NCBI GenBank assembly: GCA_963796105.1
Contig: CAWCKJ010000012.1
Span: 96,001-160,000 of the forward strand
Origin: a candidate division FCPU426 bacterium
GTDB taxonomy: Bacteria > Oederibacteriota > Muellerivitia > Muellerivitales > Muellerivitaceae
Direction of reading: 5' to 3'
Length of the DNA stretch: 64,000 bases
The notes under the pieces were generated by a model. The model was not told the DNA's origin. It made no database searches and was given only the letters and a program-made list of their open reading frames with translations. The position numbers were made by a program, and so were the translations under genes. Shown one piece after another: positions 20,132-30,572 of this stretch (its first letter is position 1; the number at the start of each line of letters is the position of its first letter).

Positions 20132-21493
20132 TTAGCCCGTAAGGGACGAAAGGATCGACAACTGCATCAGCATCTGGATTTCATTGGAGACGGCCTGAAC
20201 CTGGGCGCCCAGGGCCTGGAAGTTGGCCGTCTGGACCTCCAGGAACCTTGCCCGCCCCGCCCGGTAGGAACTGTAGGTCAACTGGGCCAATTCCCCCGTT
20301 TCCGATACGGCTTTTTGGTTGGGCGACTCCTGGTACTTCAAGGACCTCAACGCGTCCTGGGCCTTGTTCCAATCCCTTTCCAGGTCGCAGCGCGCCTGGT
20401 CGAGGTTCTTTAGGTAAGCCTCGGACTGTTCCCGTTTGGAGTCCGAATCCCGGATAATCTGTCCCCAGTCAAACAGGGGCATCGTCGCGGTGATTCCCAC
20501 GGTGTTTTGCTGGATGGTTTCCACGATGGGCCCCATCGGATTCTGGTAACCGGCCTGGGCGTTCAGGGTGATCCGGGGCAGAAGCTGGGACCGCACCGCG
20601 TCCGATGCCGCCCGGGCCGATTCCGCCAGGAACGCGTAGGTTTTCAATTGGGGGACCGAATCGTCCGGCGGAACGGCGCTCTCCTTTTCGAGGGATTGCC
20701 GGGAATCCTTTTCGGAATCCAGGGTCACCCAAACAGTCGGTTCGGAAATCCCCTCGGGAAGGTTTCCCTCCAACCTCGCGTCCATGGGAAACGTGAGATC
20801 GGCCGGTTCCTTCCGCCCAACCAGGTCGAAAAGATCCCTCAAGGACTCGGCCAGGTTGGCCTGGGCCTGCCGGAACTGCCTTTCGTAATTGAGCACCTCC
20901 TGGTGGGAGGAAAGCAGGTCCATTCGGCTGGCCGTCCCGAAACGCGCCTGGTGGGCGATATCGGCATATTGGGCCTGTGCCACCTTCAGGGAATTTCCCA
21001 GGAGCCGGGCTTGCTCCAGGTTGATTTGGACCTGGAAATAGGCAAGCCTGACCGCCAATTTCAATTGCCGGTCCGTGGCGTCATAGGCCTGCTCCCGGGA
21101 CTTGAAAATCGCGTGCGCGCTGTTGGATAGATTGTGCTGGGACCGGAAGTCCCATACGTCCCAGGAGAGCACCGCGTAGGCGTCCCAGTTGTCATGGGTC
21201 CCAAAGGGAATACCGGGTATTTTAGGATTAACGGTCAATAGGGGAACATTGGTCTGGTAAAAATAAGTCCCAGTCAATCCCAGTCTGGGAAACTCGGCGG
21301 CATACCAGGAATCCGCTTCGCTTTGGGCCGCTTTCATGTCCCACCTGGCTGCTTGAAGTTTGGCGGAATTTTCATCAGCCGCCCGGATCATGTCGTAAAG
21401 GGAGAGGGAGACTCGCGCGTTTTGAGCTAGAGCTGGGTGAACGCCGAAAAGCGCCAAAAGACCAAAGACCCATTTCCGCTTCGTTTTTCTCAT
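20132..21493 (-). CDS. TolC-family outer-membrane efflux protein
   Basis: Signal peptide, two OEP repeats (FPRLGLTG, LPRITLNA...PLFDWG), YRAGRARFLEV. Confidence 0.9.
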   Translation of the reverse strand: MRKTKRKWVFGLLALFGVHPALAQNARVSLSLYDMIRAADENSAKLQAARWDMKAAQSEADSWYAAEFPRLGLTGTYFYQTNVPLLTVNPKIPGIPFGTHDNWDAYAVLSWDVWDFRSQHNLSNSAHAIFKSREQAYDATDRQLKLAVRLAYFQVQINLEQARLLGNSLKVAQAQYADIAHQARFGTASRMDLLSSHQEVLNYERQFRQAQANLAESLRDLFDLVGRKEPADLTFPMDARLEGNLPEGISEPTVWVTLDSEKDSRQSLEKESAVPPDDSVPQLKTYAFLAESARAASDAVRSQLLPRITLNAQAGYQNPMGPIVETIQQNTVGITATMPLFDWGQIIRDSDSKREQSEAYLKNLDQARCDLERDWNKAQDALRSLKYQESPNQKAVSETGELAQLTYSSYRAGRARFLEVQTANFQALGAQVQAVSNEIQMLMQLSILSSLTG

Positions 21494-22191
21494 GAGAAGC
21501 CTCCCTTTTCCTCGTCGCTTTTCTTATTTCGGCCTCCTGCCACCGGTTGGTTTTTTCCCTTATCCGTCAACAGGCTGGCCAGGGCCAACTCAATCCTTTC
21601 CCGAATAGCGTCATCCGAGAGAACCAGGAAACTCAAGGCTTTTACTTCCAAGTCGAAGAACTTTGAGGCTCCCGAATGCTCAAAAACGCCCACCGCCAGG
21701 CTGGGCCCCACGACGGTTGGCATCATGAAGGCCACGATCCGGAAAAAGGGCATGGGACGGATCAACTTTTCTTTCCGGCATTGCCGGATCAGGTCCAGGA
21801 AAATGGGGACGTGCCGGGTGAAGTTCATTTTCACGAACTCTTGGACCGCCAGGTCCTGGTTCAGGACATCCTGGACCAGGCTCAACAGCAGGAGGCGGTT
21901 GTCGCGGGAGAACTGCCCGACTGTAAAGAGGGCCTGGCGGAGCTTGCCCAAGGGTTCCCTTTCCCCCTCGATGCGCAGGCTGAAGTTCTTCAGGAATTTC
22001 TCGTAGGCGTCCCCTAGGACCGCCCGGATAAACTTGTCCTTCGTCTTGAAGTGGTAGTGGAACATCCCGAGGTTTACCCCGGCCTTGGCGGATAATTGCC
22101 GCAGGTTGAGGCGGCTCAAGCCCGAATGGCGGAGCATTTCCAAACCGGTTTGAATCAATTTCTCGTCGATTTTCTGGGAAGGGCGGGTCAA
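21490..22191 (-). CDS. TetR/AcrR-family transcriptional regulator
   Basis: HTH LRQLSAKAGVNLGMFHYHFKTK; TTG start after AAGGAGG. Confidence 0.93.
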   Translation of the reverse strand: MTRPSQKIDEKLIQTGLEMLRHSGLSRLNLRQLSAKAGVNLGMFHYHFKTKDKFIRAVLGDAYEKFLKNFSLRIEGEREPLGKLRQALFTVGQFSRDNRLLLLSLVQDVLNQDLAVQEFVKMNFTRHVPIFLDLIRQCRKEKLIRPMPFFRIVAFMMPTVVGPSLAVGVFEHSGASKFFDLEVKALSFLVLSDDAIRERIELALASLLTDKGKNQPVAGGRNKKSDEEKGGFS

Positions 22192-22219
22192 GGCGCCTCC
22201 TTTACTAGTCTTTTGTGTA

Positions 22220-22247
22220 ATTATACTATTGTATAGTTATAGTGCAA
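22220..22247 (-). promoter_or_regulatory. Promoter of the efflux operon overlapped by a candidate TetR operator
   Basis: TTGCAC-16 bp-TATAAT; palindrome TATAC-TATT-GTATA at 22222-22235 overlaps the -10 box and spacer. Confidence 0.6.
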
Positions 22248-22315
22248 ATTTTATTTTCATATCTAGTTAGAGCCTCTATTTTTATTTCTATTATATATCG
22301 ATACGAAGAATTCTC

Positions 22316-23170
22316 TTAAGGTTGAGCGATGTGTGAAAATATCGGTCCCAATTTCTTTATTTCCCCAACCACCTTCTGAGCCTCTTCCAGGAGTTTTTCA
22401 GGGTGATCCGATTTCTTCGATTCCTCTTTTAAGTACTCTTCAATCAAAAGAAGTAGACCGGCGACATTCTTTTTTTTCTCGAAATCCATCTCCATGCCAG
22501 CCAAGCTTTGTTCCAGTAAGGAATAAAACTTTTGGAAAAGATTTGTGTCCACTTGCCCTGACACTTTCACCAGGCCGAGCATGTCGATCATGAGACGGTC
22601 CATTTTTTTCTCGATCTGAATTGCCTGGAGAGCCTCCGGAGCGAATGAAGGAAGAAGAACCTGGGTGAACAAGTTTCGCGCGGCATCCTGAACTTGCCCG
22701 AATAGCGCGTGCCTCCGGACAGTTTCCACCAGCTCTCCCGGCTCAAACTCGGGAGTTTCCCGAAAAAAAGCCCGTTGATCCCGGATGATGGAATTCTGGA
22801 GGCGGGCAAGTCCAACGGCGGTGCTGGACGCAAGAATAAATTGCAAAGCATCGCCCCATCGGTCCTGGCTTCCAACCGCCTTGATGATTCCTTTCCATTT
22901 ACCCTGCTCCCCTGCATCATCAAAAGTCTCATGCCATAGAATCTGGATTCTCTCCTCCAAACCCCTAAAACGGATCCACAGGGACGGACATTGACTGCCG
23001 CAAAGAAACTCGCTTTCAACCTCCTGGAGCCCCTCATACTCTTCCCTTTCCGAGATCAAGTCCGGGATCTTCTTAAAGGCCATAATTTCCATAAGAGCTT
23101 GACCGGCTTGATAGCAAAGCTCTCCCGCAGTAAATTCATTCTCGCAATCGATGGACAATTCGATGTTCAT
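22316..23170 (-). CDS. Hypothetical protein
   Basis: Long ORF; ATG 23170 lies 1 nt after the upstream stop; no recognised motif. Confidence 0.65.
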   Translation of the reverse strand: MNIELSIDCENEFTAGELCYQAGQALMEIMAFKKIPDLISEREEYEGLQEVESEFLCGSQCPSLWIRFRGLEERIQILWHETFDDAGEQGKWKGIIKAVGSQDRWGDALQFILASSTAVGLARLQNSIIRDQRAFFRETPEFEPGELVETVRRHALFGQVQDAARNLFTQVLLPSFAPEALQAIQIEKKMDRLMIDMLGLVKVSGQVDTNLFQKFYSLLEQSLAGMEMDFEKKKNVAGLLLLIEEYLKEESKKSDHPEKLLEEAQKVVGEIKKLGPIFSHIAQP

Positions 23171-23171
23171 T

Positions 23172-24023
23172 TTAGTTCTCAAACTTTCCGGGTTCTCCCC
23201 CGTCAAGCAACGTCCTGATTTTCAAGGAATCGGAACTCACGGATGCCAAAACCCGCCCCATCTTGTCCGCCTGCCCCACTAACCCGGTTGTCGACTCAAT
23301 TCCCTGTTGGAATATCCGGATCAACCGTGTCACATCACTGTTAAGCCTCAGGGAGAGAAGTAAAGCTATAAGGCCATTGTAATCCACGCTTTGAAAATTC
23401 CGACGGCGAATTTCCTCCATCCATTCAGTGTCCTTAATACAATTTAAAAAATAATTATCGTCTCCGATATAAAGAATACCGCGCGGCCCCTCTTGATCTA
23501 TACCTTTTCCGAAAGCGCCAGCGACCTGCTCCAATCGAATCCTCATCTGATCCCCCGGCAATTCGGATGATGCCAATGGAATTTCAAGGCAAGGCAATTC
23601 CCCGCCGGGAGTAACGAGAAAAACGATGGAATTATTTCCAACACGAAAATCCCCTTCTCGCAGGAAAAACTTGATTGTTTCCAAAAGGTTCTTACCCAAC
23701 CGCCGCGGTTGGAACCGAGTGTTCATATTTTCACGGGTTAATTTTAGGTTTTTCAACCCCTGAGGAAGCCTTCCCGCCTCCAACCGCAGATCCAGAAGTT
23801 CATGCTGGGCCGTGGTCAAAAGCCCATCCATTTTAAGAATTAACTCTTCGATTTTAGACTGGGATTCTAATAACCATTGATCGGCCTGCTGAAAGCCGTT
23901 TTGGGACCGCCTGGTCCCAGAAGAGCCTTTCTTTTCCCGGCCTGCATGTAAGGAGAAATAGGCTCCGATTGCGGACATCAAAAGAAACAAGATTCCCGCA
24001 AAGGTGATGAGTGATAGATTCAA
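23172..24023 (-). CDS. Hypothetical membrane-anchored coiled-coil protein (RmuC-like layout, uncertain)
   Basis: N-terminal TM, coiled coil, alpha/beta middle, helical C-terminus. Confidence 0.6.
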   Translation of the reverse strand: MNLSLITFAGILFLLMSAIGAYFSLHAGREKKGSSGTRRSQNGFQQADQWLLESQSKIEELILKMDGLLTTAQHELLDLRLEAGRLPQGLKNLKLTRENMNTRFQPRRLGKNLLETIKFFLREGDFRVGNNSIVFLVTPGGELPCLEIPLASSELPGDQMRIRLEQVAGAFGKGIDQEGPRGILYIGDDNYFLNCIKDTEWMEEIRRRNFQSVDYNGLIALLLSLRLNSDVTRLIRIFQQGIESTTGLVGQADKMGRVLASVSSDSLKIRTLLDGGEPGKFEN

Positions 24024-24098
24024 GCTAACCCCCTTGAAAACGTAATATTATAACGGTCCCAAGGGATAGAGGATAGAAAACCGGATTGGGCTTTTAAT

Positions 24099-25145
24099 CT
24101 AAAGTTTTTCGCGTAGAAAATGATGTTTAATGTTTAGTGAGCTTTTCACCGTGGAGACAATTTTGCGCATCATCTCAACTGTTTCAACCGGATAATCCCC
24201 AATAGCGGTTTCCTCCGATAGCATAACAGCATCCGTACCATCCAATACGGCGTTAGCCACGTCGGTGGCTTCCGCGCGGGTGGGCCGGATATTGTGAACC
24301 ATGGATTCCAGCATCTGGGTGGCGGTAATAACTGGTACGCCTCTGAGGTTGGCCTTGTGAATCAGAAGTTTTTGTAAAACCGGTACCTTTTCAATTTCCA
24401 CCTGCACTCCCAAATCTCCCCTTGCCACCATAAGGACATCCGTTGCATTCAGGATCGAATCAATATTCTTTAACGCTTCCCCACGTTCGATCTTGGCCAC
24501 TGTCCGAATTTTTCTTCCTAGTTCCAAAGCGTACTCTTTGATTTTTTGGATGTCTTTAGCCTTTTCCACGAAAGAAACCCCGAATAGATCAACACCATGC
24601 TTGAGGCCGAATTCGAGGTAATTTAGATCTTCTTCAGTCACCGGCTCCACATAAAGACGCACCCCAGGAAGATTCAGGCCTTTAAAAGAATAAAGAATCC
24701 CTCCGATGAGGACTTTGCAATAAACATTTTTTCCCAAGACGCGCTGTACTTGAAGTTGTAGAAAACCGTCATTCAAGTAAATCAGCCCTCCCTTTTTCAC
24801 GCTTTTAAGGATTTGATCATAATTCACTGGCAACAAATCCGGGGTTCCAAGGAGTTTTCTAGTAGTCAATATCACTCTTTGGTTTTTCTTAAGTATGACA
24901 GGTTCCTTTTTAAGCTTGCCCAGACGGATCTTGGGTCCCGGCAGGTCAATCAAAATCTCAACAGGTCTTTTAACCTGGAAGGCCGTTTTTCGAATGCGGT
25001 GAATATCCTCTGCATGCTCCCGTAACGTACCATGGGCGAAATTGAGACGCGCGATGTCCATTCCAGCTAGGATCATCCGGCGGAGTATTTTTTCAGGTCT
25101 CGAAGCCGGTCCAATGGTGCAGACAATACTTGTTTTAGAGTTCAT
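24099..25145 (-). CDS. pyk: Pyruvate kinase, short form lacking the C-terminal domain
   Basis: [54 protein letters not shown]; only 348 aa. Confidence 0.93.
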   Translation of the reverse strand: MNSKTSIVCTIGPASRPEKILRRMILAGMDIARLNFAHGTLREHAEDIHRIRKTAFQVKRPVEILIDLPGPKIRLGKLKKEPVILKKNQRVILTTRKLLGTPDLLPVNYDQILKSVKKGGLIYLNDGFLQLQVQRVLGKNVYCKVLIGGILYSFKGLNLPGVRLYVEPVTEEDLNYLEFGLKHGVDLFGVSFVEKAKDIQKIKEYALELGRKIRTVAKIERGEALKNIDSILNATDVLMVARGDLGVQVEIEKVPVLQKLLIHKANLRGVPVITATQMLESMVHNIRPTRAEATDVANAVLDGTDAVMLSEETAIGDYPVETVEMMRKIVSTVKSSLNIKHHFLREKL

Positions 25146-26056
25146 GCCTTTCCCTTTCGAGTTTGACGATAGCCCAATTCATTCAACCATTTGTCGTCTT
25201 TTCTCCAATCCTTTAGGATCTTTACCCAAAGCTCCAGGAAAACCTTCTGACCCGTCAACTTTTCAATTTCCTTACGAGCGGCAGTACCTATCGATTTTAG
25301 TTGCTGACCTTTTGTGCCGATCAATATTCCCTTTTGGCTTTCTTTCTCAGCGAATATCGTTGCTTGAATCAGGATGGGCTCTGGCGGCTGGCGTTCCTCG
25401 TATTTCTCAATGCTTACAGCTACCCCGTAAGGTATTTCCTGTTTTAGCTGGAGAAAACATTGTTCCCTGATAAGTTCCGAGGCGATTTCCCTCATGGTCT
25501 TGTCGGTCAAATCCTCACCGGGAAAAAGGGGAGGCTGGTGCGGAAGGAGATCCTTTAGTTCCTTTAAAACTTCCGGAATACCCCGGCCAGATACCGCCGC
25601 AATCCTAAATTGAGGCCAACTGCCAACCAGTTCCCTCGCTTTTTGGGCCACTTCCCCAATTCGAGCGGACCCTGCCTGGTCAATTTTGTTGAGCAGCAGT
25701 AATACGGGTTTCTGACACGGCTTTAGCCAATCGGCCAACAATTGATCCTCGTCAGTAATCCCATCCCGCACATCCAGGAGAAACAATACGGCGTCAGATC
25801 CATTTAAGGCCTCCTCCGCCTGGGCCACCATGTAATGAGATAGTTTGTTCTTACCTTGGTGTACTCCCGGAGTGTCGTAAAAAGCGATTTGAGCTTGTTC
25901 ATCCTGGAAAATCCCCGCCATGGAGGATCGGGTGGTTTGAGGTCTCGGAGAAACGATAGCAACCTTTTGGCCCAAGACCGTATTTAAAAAGGTGGACTTT
26001 CCCACGTTTGGACGGCCGAGGATGGCCACTGTACCTGAGATAAATTCCGAATTCAT
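25142..26056 (-). CDS. era: GTPase Era
   Basis: [24 protein letters not shown] domain [10 protein letters not shown]. Confidence 0.98.
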   Translation of the reverse strand: MNSEFISGTVAILGRPNVGKSTFLNTVLGQKVAIVSPRPQTTRSSMAGIFQDEQAQIAFYDTPGVHQGKNKLSHYMVAQAEEALNGSDAVLFLLDVRDGITDEDQLLADWLKPCQKPVLLLLNKIDQAGSARIGEVAQKARELVGSWPQFRIAAVSGRGIPEVLKELKDLLPHQPPLFPGEDLTDKTMREIASELIREQCFLQLKQEIPYGVAVSIEKYEERQPPEPILIQATIFAEKESQKGILIGTKGQQLKSIGTAARKEIEKLTGQKVFLELWVKILKDWRKDDKWLNELGYRQTRKGKA

Positions 26057-26113
26057 TTACTCACCTAACTGCAGGGACATTCATGTCATTAAAGAAATAC
26101 GATTCAATATTTT

Positions 26114-26881
26114 TCATGCGGCTTCAAGCCTTCTGGAAATATCGAATATCTGGTCTTCCTTAATTTCAAATCGGCTTAACATTTCCTTCGGATAATCCAA
26201 CACGCAGGTTTTTTTCGGCTCATGGCCGTCTGAACCCATCGAAAATTTCACGCCGTTATCCAACGCTTTTTTCATGAGCCGATCATAGGGAGTGCGCCAC
26301 CGGTTGGAAATTTCCATCGCGGTTCCCTTTTCCAATAGAAGGCCGATCAGCTCATCCTCCCACCACTCGGGAAATATTTCCTCGGGTTTTCCTAATGCTA
26401 AAGGCGGGAGCATGGTACAGTGCCCTAAAATGTCGTATTTCTGATCGCCCAATTCCTTTTTCAATAAATCCAAGTGAATCTTGAAGAAAAAAGACAAATC
26501 CTTGATTTGTTCCACGGGATTGTAGGTTGGCATCTCACCCTTCAGAAACTTGAGAAGATGGCTGAAACTTAATCGGATCCCATTCACATTGATGCCATGC
26601 ACGCTGCCAATTAAGTAATCAAGGCGGTCCCTAGCCTCCGGAGCCAGGAGAAATCCTCGGCCTAAATCCATTTCCAGGCCACGGGCGACAGGATATTGGC
26701 CTAGAAAGTCGGCATAGGCGATCAATCTATCATTGGAATTCAGGTAATCCTCCAACCCGGCGTGGTCAGACAAACCCACCCTAATATCTTCCTCGGCCGC
26801 CCTTTTAAGCACTTGCTCAATGGATTGACTGCCGTCCGACCATTCCGCTGTATGGGTATGGCAATCCAGCAATTTTTTCAC
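26114..26881 (-). CDS. PHP-domain metallophosphoesterase (histidinol-phosphatase-like)
   Basis: DCHTHT, SDH, GLE, IGSVH, LGH, GSDGH. Confidence 0.88.
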   Translation of the reverse strand: MKKLLDCHTHTAEWSDGSQSIEQVLKRAAEEDIRVGLSDHAGLEDYLNSNDRLIAYADFLGQYPVARGLEMDLGRGFLLAPEARDRLDYLIGSVHGINVNGIRLSFSHLLKFLKGEMPTYNPVEQIKDLSFFFKIHLDLLKKELGDQKYDILGHCTMLPPLALGKPEEIFPEWWEDELIGLLLEKGTAMEISNRWRTPYDRLMKKALDNGVKFSMGSDGHEPKKTCVLDYPKEMLSRFEIKEDQIFDISRRLEAA

Positions 26882-28275
26882 GGGTCAGGACTTTTCGTTT
26901 GTGGGGCTTCCCCGGTTTCGAACGAAGGCGAAGGTTTTATCTTTTTTTTCCTGGGTTTATGCGTTGGTTTCAGAACCGGCACCGGCTCCGGCAGAGGCGT
27001 CTCCCTCTTGACGATCTTGACCTTGATAATTTTTCTATCGCTGGCCTCCAAAACGGTATATATAGCCTCCCTATCCTCAATCACCTTTCCTTTCTTGGGG
27101 AAACGCCCTACCCTCTTACTCAAGTATCCCCCAAACGTTGCCACATCCCCGTCGGAAGAAAGATAAATCCCCGTAGCTTCGTTCACATCATCCAAGGGTA
27201 TGCCTGCGTCCACGATCCAGGAACCGTCCTCTTGCTTAGCAATAGGTTTTTCCTCCTCGCTGTCGTATTCATCACGGATTTCCCCCACGATTTCCTCCAC
27301 TAGGTCTTCCATTGTGACTAAACCTGCGGTCCCCCCATACTCATCAACCACGACAGCCATGTGTATACCATCCCTCTGGAATTCCCTTAGGAGACGATCC
27401 ACCCTCATGGTTTCCGGCACAAAATGAGGTTTACGTAGAAGGTCCTGGAGCACAATGAGTTCTTTGTTTTTCCAGATTGAAATCAAGTCCCGGGTATTTA
27501 CGATCCCCACGATGTTGTCCAAAGTTCCTTTAAAAACCGGCATACGGGAAAAACCGTTTTGCACAACCAAATCCAATAAGCGATCAAGGTTGGTGTTGAT
27601 ATCCACACAAAACATCTCTGTGCGGGGTATCATGACTTCATTCACTTTGGTGTCGGTGAATTTAAGAACGGAATGGATCATATCCGTTTCCTCTTCCTGT
27701 ATGGTTCCAGCCTCTCGGCCCATCTCAACCATATGTTTAATATCCTCTTCAGTGACCTGGGATACGGTTGGATGTCCCACCTTTGATAAAAATAATCCCA
27801 TGGCATGAACCAAAAGCCAGGTAAAAGGGTTTAAAATCCGGTCAAAAAGATAAATAGGCACAACTAGCCATGTGGCAGCCCAGATGGAATTGGCCCTCGC
27901 GGCAACCTTGGGAATAACCTCTCCAAAGACGATCAGAATGAAAGTCACCGCGATAAAAGCCACGCTTCCCACGGCTGTTCGATTCCAATTGAGGACCTCA
28001 GCCACATGAACGGCGGTATATGCGGAAAGGGTCGTAGCGGCGATGTTGACGGCGTTATTACCTATGAGAATGGAGGTAAGAATCCGGTTGGGATGATCCT
28101 GCCATTCCTTAAATGCCCGCCCTAGAATGCTCGGGTGCCTGGACTTGCTATCCAACATGGGTTTGGGAAAGGACAACAACCCCGTTTCTACGGCGGAAAA
28201 GAACATGGAAACAAGGACCAGCGCGGCAAGAACAACCAGATGGGAAAAAAGATAGTTTTCCACAAGTTCATTCAC
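26878..28275 (-). CDS. HlyC/CorC family protein (CNNM/DUF21, CBS pair, CorC domain)
   Basis: [52 protein letters not shown]. Confidence 0.95.
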   Translation of the reverse strand: MNELVENYLFSHLVVLAALVLVSMFFSAVETGLLSFPKPMLDSKSRHPSILGRAFKEWQDHPNRILTSILIGNNAVNIAATTLSAYTAVHVAEVLNWNRTAVGSVAFIAVTFILIVFGEVIPKVAARANSIWAATWLVVPIYLFDRILNPFTWLLVHAMGLFLSKVGHPTVSQVTEEDIKHMVEMGREAGTIQEEETDMIHSVLKFTDTKVNEVMIPRTEMFCVDINTNLDRLLDLVVQNGFSRMPVFKGTLDNIVGIVNTRDLISIWKNKELIVLQDLLRKPHFVPETMRVDRLLREFQRDGIHMAVVVDEYGGTAGLVTMEDLVEEIVGEIRDEYDSEEEKPIAKQEDGSWIVDAGIPLDDVNEATGIYLSSDGDVATFGGYLSKRVGRFPKKGKVIEDREAIYTVLEASDRKIIKVKIVKRETPLPEPVPVLKPTHKPRKKKIKPSPSFETGEAPQTKSPDP

Positions 28276-28727
28276 GGTTCGAATCCTCGAAGGATTTTAT
28301 CCTGTAGTCCAAACATTCTTTTTTTTTGAACTGGTGTCGCATGATCATAACCTAATAGATGGAGAATGCCATGCATAAGAAGAAGGGCCAATTCCTGGCG
28401 AAAATCTTTTCCGTGTTCGGATGCCTGTCGTTTGGTTTGGGCAACGCTGATGACGACATCCCCAAGCGGCAGGTAAAGTTCACTCCCAGCCATCAGTCTT
28501 TTTCCTTCCAATAAGGGAAAAGACAACACATCCGTTGTTCGATTTTTTCCCCTGTAAAGCTTATTCAACTTCCTGACTTCTAAATCACCCGTTAGAACAA
28601 TGGAAAGTTCTGATTTCTTTTCGAATTCCTTTCCTTTTGTCTGGGTCAGGACAATCGAAGCGACTTGTTTCAACCATGCCGTGGAAACGCTCTCTCCTTT
28701 TAAAGAAGATCGGACCAAAAGCCTCAT
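28272..28727 (-). CDS. ybeY: rRNA maturation RNase YbeY
   Basis: TDVLSF, LGDVVIS, HGILHLLGYDH. Confidence 0.96.
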   Translation of the reverse strand: MRLLVRSSLKGESVSTAWLKQVASIVLTQTKGKEFEKKSELSIVLTGDLEVRKLNKLYRGKNRTTDVLSFPLLEGKRLMAGSELYLPLGDVVISVAQTKRQASEHGKDFRQELALLLMHGILHLLGYDHATPVQKKRMFGLQDKILRGFEP

Positions 28728-29713
28728 TGTGGTCTTTCCTTATTTCCCGTTTCTTCGGTCTTGTAGGCTTCCAGGATATTTTGAACCAACCGGTGTCTCA
28801 CTACATCCTTCGAATCGAATAACACGAATTTTATACCTTCCACCTTGGAGAGGATTCGCCGTACCTCAATAAGCCCTGATACCTTCCCGGTCGGAAGATC
28901 GATTTGGGTCACGTCTCCCGTAACGACCATTTTAGAACCAGTCCCCATGCGGGTGAGGAACATCTTCATTTGTTCCGGGCTTGTGTTCTGCCCCTCATCC
29001 AGAATAATGAATGCGTTGGAAAGTGTCCGTCCGCGCATGTAGGCCAGCGGAGCCACCTCCACCAGTCTTTGCTGGAACAGCCTCTGAAGTTTCTCGTATT
29101 CCACCATGTCGTAAAGAGCGTCATACAGCGGTCGTAAATAGGGGTCAACCTTCTCCTGCAAGTCCCCCGGCAGAAAACCTAGCTTTTCCCCAGCTTCCAC
29201 AGCCGGCCTGGTTAAAATGAGTCTTTCCACGTCACCGTTTCTAAGCGCCGCGACAGCCGTGGCCATGGCCAGGTAGGTTTTGCCTGTTCCAGCGGGACCG
29301 ATCCCCACGACAATATCGTGGGTTTTTATGGCTTCCACGTATTTTTTCTGATTGTCCGATCTAGGAAAAATGGGTTTTTTACGGGAGGAAATCAACACAG
29401 GCTCTTTTGTTACCGTTTCGTCCGTCTGTTCCGGGCTTTCCCCCCTGATTTCCCCAATTAATTTGCGGACCGCCCCGCTGGTGACATAACCCTCGTGCCC
29501 TTTTTTCAAATGACTTCTAAGTCGTTCAATCACTTGGATGGCGTGGGAAACCTCCAAAGGTTCCCCGGAAAGAATGATTTCGTTGCCCCGTGCCACTACC
29601 GTTATGGCGAAGGAATCCCGGAGAAGCTTCAGAGTATGGTCGTTTTCACCCAACAACTGAAGGCATTCCTGCTGGTCTTCCAACGTGATTCGACGGTTGA
29701 CTGCTTGAGACAA
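28724..29713 (-). CDS. phoH: PhoH-family ATPase (YbeZ type)
   Basis: GPAGTGKT, RPAVEAGEKLGFLPGD, LAYMRGRT, GDVTQIDL. Confidence 0.96.
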   Translation of the reverse strand: MSQAVNRRITLEDQQECLQLLGENDHTLKLLRDSFAITVVARGNEIILSGEPLEVSHAIQVIERLRSHLKKGHEGYVTSGAVRKLIGEIRGESPEQTDETVTKEPVLISSRKKPIFPRSDNQKKYVEAIKTHDIVVGIGPAGTGKTYLAMATAVAALRNGDVERLILTRPAVEAGEKLGFLPGDLQEKVDPYLRPLYDALYDMVEYEKLQRLFQQRLVEVAPLAYMRGRTLSNAFIILDEGQNTSPEQMKMFLTRMGTGSKMVVTGDVTQIDLPTGKVSGLIEVRRILSKVEGIKFVLFDSKDVVRHRLVQNILEAYKTEETGNKERPQ

Positions 29714-29766
29714 AAATTCCTCCCATATTTCCTTGGATTAAAGACATCCTTTCAAAAAAGAACTGT

Positions 29767-29805
29767 AAATAAAAACTCCCTTTCCCACTGGGGGAAAGGG
29801 AGTTT
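29767..29805 (-). terminator. Intrinsic terminator of the LysM gene
   Basis: 14-bp perfect stem AAACTCCCTTTCCC / GGGAAAGGGAGTTT with a U-rich tail on the minus strand. Confidence 0.88.
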
Positions 29806-29843
29806 ATCCACTTCAAGCTTTTTAGAAATTCGGCCCAATAGGA

Positions 29844-30335
29844 TTAGAAATAATCTACCGGCAATGTCTCACGAGGTTCGGTATGCGGTACATATTTGGG
29901 CGTATCGCTTGCGTCCTTCCGGGCCTTATCAATATCAGCCTGGGAGAAATCCTTCTTTAGAAGGAATTCCTGCTTGGGATAAATCAAATCCGGATCCTTG
30001 ATCTGGTCGCGGTTCGCCTTGAAAATAAGGGGCCATTGGAAATTATCCTTATAGGCGATATCCATACCGGCGATTCCCCAAAGGGTATCTCCAGTCACAA
30101 CCATATACTTGGTTTCCGGGGTTGCCACCGGGGTTTCAGCTGCCACAGGCGGTGGAGCCGCTTCCGGAGCGGCAGGAGCAGCCATCTCCGCTGGCGGAGC
30201 TGGCGGAGCCGCTGTCTCATTAGATTGGGGCAGGGTGGGCACTTCAGTTCCCTCAATCCTCTTTTTTTGTGAGCATCCCAAGGCCAAAACCCCCGTCAAC
30301 ACAAACACTAACAATAGCGTTTGGATATTCTTCAT
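29844..30335 (-). CDS. LysM-domain lipoprotein
   Basis: GGAGGG RBS, lipobox LALG-C, Ala/Pro linker, YMVVTGDTLWGIA...WPLIFKANRDQIKDPDLIYP. Confidence 0.9.
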   Translation of the reverse strand: MKNIQTLLLVFVLTGVLALGCSQKKRIEGTEVPTLPQSNETAAPPAPPAEMAAPAAPEAAPPPVAAETPVATPETKYMVVTGDTLWGIAGMDIAYKDNFQWPLIFKANRDQIKDPDLIYPKQEFLLKKDFSQADIDKARKDASDTPKYVPHTEPRETLPVDYF

Positions 30336-30572
30336 TTTTCTTTCCCTCCGATTTTGCTTACCAACGAATGGCATATTATCGAATGAACTATGTAGTTCGT
30401 CAAGTGCGGTCGGAATTACTCGAAGCTGATTTCAAGGGAAGAATTCACGTTTAACCCTAAAGGGGAGTTCTACAGGCAACGAGGAATAAGTAAACACCGG
30501 CTAAAACAAAAGTCTACGAGACACCGAATCTATAAATAACAGTTAGGTTGAATTGATTTTTACTTGAATAAC

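Noticed and set aside
24024..24098. Frameshift or readthrough restoring the pyruvate kinase C domain
   Set aside because: Only 75 bp are available, an in-frame stop follows, and the next ORF is unrelated.
30336..30572. Possible ncRNA or riboswitch upstream of the LysM gene
   Set aside because: No recognisable conserved motif or strong structure by eye; an Rfam scan would be needed.
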